Shown here: positions 62,286-64,000 of the stretch, piece after piece
How the letters are laid out: every line of letters starts with the position of its first letter
Position numbering within the stretch: position 1 is the first letter of the stretch
NCBI GenBank assembly: GCA_021839245.1
Contig: JAKCBQ010000004.1
Location: forward strand, 41,851 to 105,850
Length of the DNA: 64,000 nucleotides
Source: Pseudomonadota bacterium
GTDB taxonomy: Bacteria > Pseudomonadota > Gammaproteobacteria > JAKAQQ01
Direction: 5' to 3'
Notes under the pieces: generated by a model
Told to the model about the DNA's origin: nothing
Database searches by the model: none
The model's input: only the letters and a program-made list of their open reading frames with translations
Made by a program: the position numbers and the translations under genes

Positions 62286-63487
62286 ACACCGCTCCCCTCA
62301 TCCCCGCCTGCGGACGCTACGGCGAATTCGGCGGCCGTTACGTTCCCGAAATCCTCGTCCCGCCGCTCGTCGCCCTCGAGGAAGGATTCCTTCGCCACCG
62401 CGAGGACCCGTCCTTCCGCGCCGAACTCGACGATCTCCTGCACCGCTACGCCGGACGTCCCACACCGCTCACACGGACCCGGCGTTTTCTCTCGGGCACA
62501 CGCACCGTCCTCTACCTCAAGCGCGAGGATCTCCTCCACGGCGGAGCACACAAGACGAACCAGGTCCTCGGGCAAATGCTCCTCGCCCACCGCCTCGGCA
62601 AGCGGCGGATCATCGCCGAGACCGGCGCCGGACAACACGGGGTCGCCGTCGCCATGATCGGCGCGCTCTTCGGCAAGGAGGTGGTCGTCTACATGGGCGA
62701 AAAGGACTGCCGCCGCCAGGCGCCGAACGTCTTTCGCATGAAACTCTTCGGCGCACGCGTCGTCCCCGTGACCTCGGGGTCAGCCTCTCTCAAGGACGCG
62801 ATGAACGAGGCCCTGCGCGACTGGTCCGAGAGCTACGAGGACACCCACTACCTCGTCGGGACGGTCGCCGGACCTCATCCTTTCCCGACGATCGTGCGTG
62901 ATTTTCAGCGCGTCATCGGCGACGAGACCCGCGCGGAAATCCTTGAACGCGAGGGACGGCTGCCCGATCTCGTCGCCGCCTGCGTCGGTGGGGGATCGAA
63001 CGCGCTCGGCATCTTCACCGCGTTCCTGGGAAACCCCACGGTCGCGCTCCTTGGGGTCGAGGCCGGGGGTGAGGGACTCGAGAGCGGTCGGCACGGCGCC
63101 ACCCTCGAGCGCGGCAAGCCGGGGATTCTCCACGGCATGCGGAGTCTTCTCCTTCAGGACTCCGAAGGGCAGGTGCAGGAATCCCACTCGATCTCGGCGG
63201 GTCTCGACTACCCCGGGGTCGGTCCCGAACACGCCCATCTCCAGGCGACGGGCCGCGCCCGCTACGTCGCGGCCGAGGACCACGAGGCCCTCGACGCCTT
63301 GGTCGCGCTCGCACGCACGGAGGGCATCCTTCCCGCCCTCGAACCCGCCCACGCGCTCGCCGCCGTCGCCCGCGAGGCCCGCGCCGAGCCCGAACGCGAG
63401 CGGCTGGTCGTCGTCAATCTTTCCGGGCGCGGGGACAAGGACCTCGCCCATGTCTCCGCTCTTCTCGAAGGGGGCGGCAGCCGATGA
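62282..63487 (+). CDS. trpB: Tryptophan synthase beta chain
   Basis: [44 protein letters not shown]. Confidence 0.97.
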   Translation: MNTAPLIPACGRYGEFGGRYVPEILVPPLVALEEGFLRHREDPSFRAELDDLLHRYAGRPTPLTRTRRFLSGTRTVLYLKREDLLHGGAHKTNQVLGQMLLAHRLGKRRIIAETGAGQHGVAVAMIGALFGKEVVVYMGEKDCRRQAPNVFRMKLFGARVVPVTSGSASLKDAMNEALRDWSESYEDTHYLVGTVAGPHPFPTIVRDFQRVIGDETRAEILEREGRLPDLVAACVGGGSNALGIFTAFLGNPTVALLGVEAGGEGLESGRHGATLERGKPGILHGMRSLLLQDSEGQVQESHSISAGLDYPGVGPEHAHLQATGRARYVAAEDHEALDALVALARTEGILPALEPAHALAAVAREARAEPERERLVVVNLSGRGDKDLAHVSALLEGGGSR

Positions 63488-64000
63488 GCGGACGGTTCAC
63501 GCAGCTCTTTCACCGTCTCGAGAACGAACGGCGCGGGGCCCTCGTTCCTTTCGCCGTCCTTGGCGACCCCAATCCTGAGGAGAGCCTCCGGCGTCTGGCG
63601 GTCCTCGCCGACCACGCCGACGCGCTCGAGGTGGGGCTTCCCTTCTCGGATCCGATCGCCGACGGACCCACGGTCCAAGCCGCCGTGCTCCGAGCCCGCG
63701 CCGCGGGCACCACAGTCGAGCGTGGCCTCGGGCTCGTTGCGGCTCTGCGTCGGATGCACCCCGATCTCCCGATCGGGCTCCTGGTGTACGCGAATCTCGT
63801 CCACGCGCGGGGGCTCGAGAGGTTCTATGCCGCGGCCTCGCAAGCCGGTCTCGACGCGGTCCTCGTCCCCGACGTGCCGCTCGAGGAGGCCGCACCCTTC
63901 GCCCGAGCCGCGCGTGCGGCGGGCGTCGCCCCCGTCCTCATCGCCCCGCCGAACGCGCCGGACGCGACGCTGGCCGGCATCGCCCGCACGGGAGGCGAAT
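63484..64000 (+). CDS. trpA: Tryptophan synthase alpha chain, 3' truncated by window edge
   Basis: ATG overlapping trpB stop; [39 protein letters not shown]. Confidence 0.93.
   Translation, partial: MSGRFTQLFHRLENERRGALVPFAVLGDPNPEESLRRLAVLADHADALEVGLPFSDPIADGPTVQAAVLRARAAGTTVERGLGLVAALRRMHPDLPIGLLVYANLVHARGLERFYAAASQAGLDAVLVPDVPLEEAAPFARAARAAGVAPVLIAPPNAPDATLAGIARTGGE

Overview
High-GC proteobacterial chromosome segment, most likely gammaproteobacterial from the conserved recA-recX-alaS-lysC-csrA-tRNA-Ser, murA-kdsDC-lptCAB-rpoN-hpf-rapZ and petBC-sspB neighbourhoods. It is mostly housekeeping DNA with tightly overlapping genes and two accessory inserts. The first (about 3.2-8.6 kb) is a decayed island at the 3' side of tRNA-Ser(GCT). 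It holds a Gly-rich lipoprotein, a frameshifted Fic gene, a Cys-rich secreted protein, stacked RHH/PIN and DUF1778/GNAT toxin-antitoxin modules, and IS256 and IS1595 remnants. The second (about 13.6-18.6 kb) is a five-gene operon inserted between recX and alaS: TIM-barrel isomerase, LuxS-like lyase, EEVS-type sedoheptulose-7-phosphate cyclase, UbiG-like O-methyltransferase and UbiA prenyltransferase. A perfect FNR-type box lies upstream of it. This operon is the best candidate for an undescribed pathway (a prenylated, methylated cyclitol or quinone-like metabolite). Also notable: a split, inverted bc1 operon, a CsrA with a long acidic tail, a CoA-binding/MetY fusion, and an attenuated DAHP synthase-trpEGD(CF)BA operon with a probably leaderless WWW leader peptide. 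All calls come from reading motifs by eye; no database searches were run, and several start codons are estimates.
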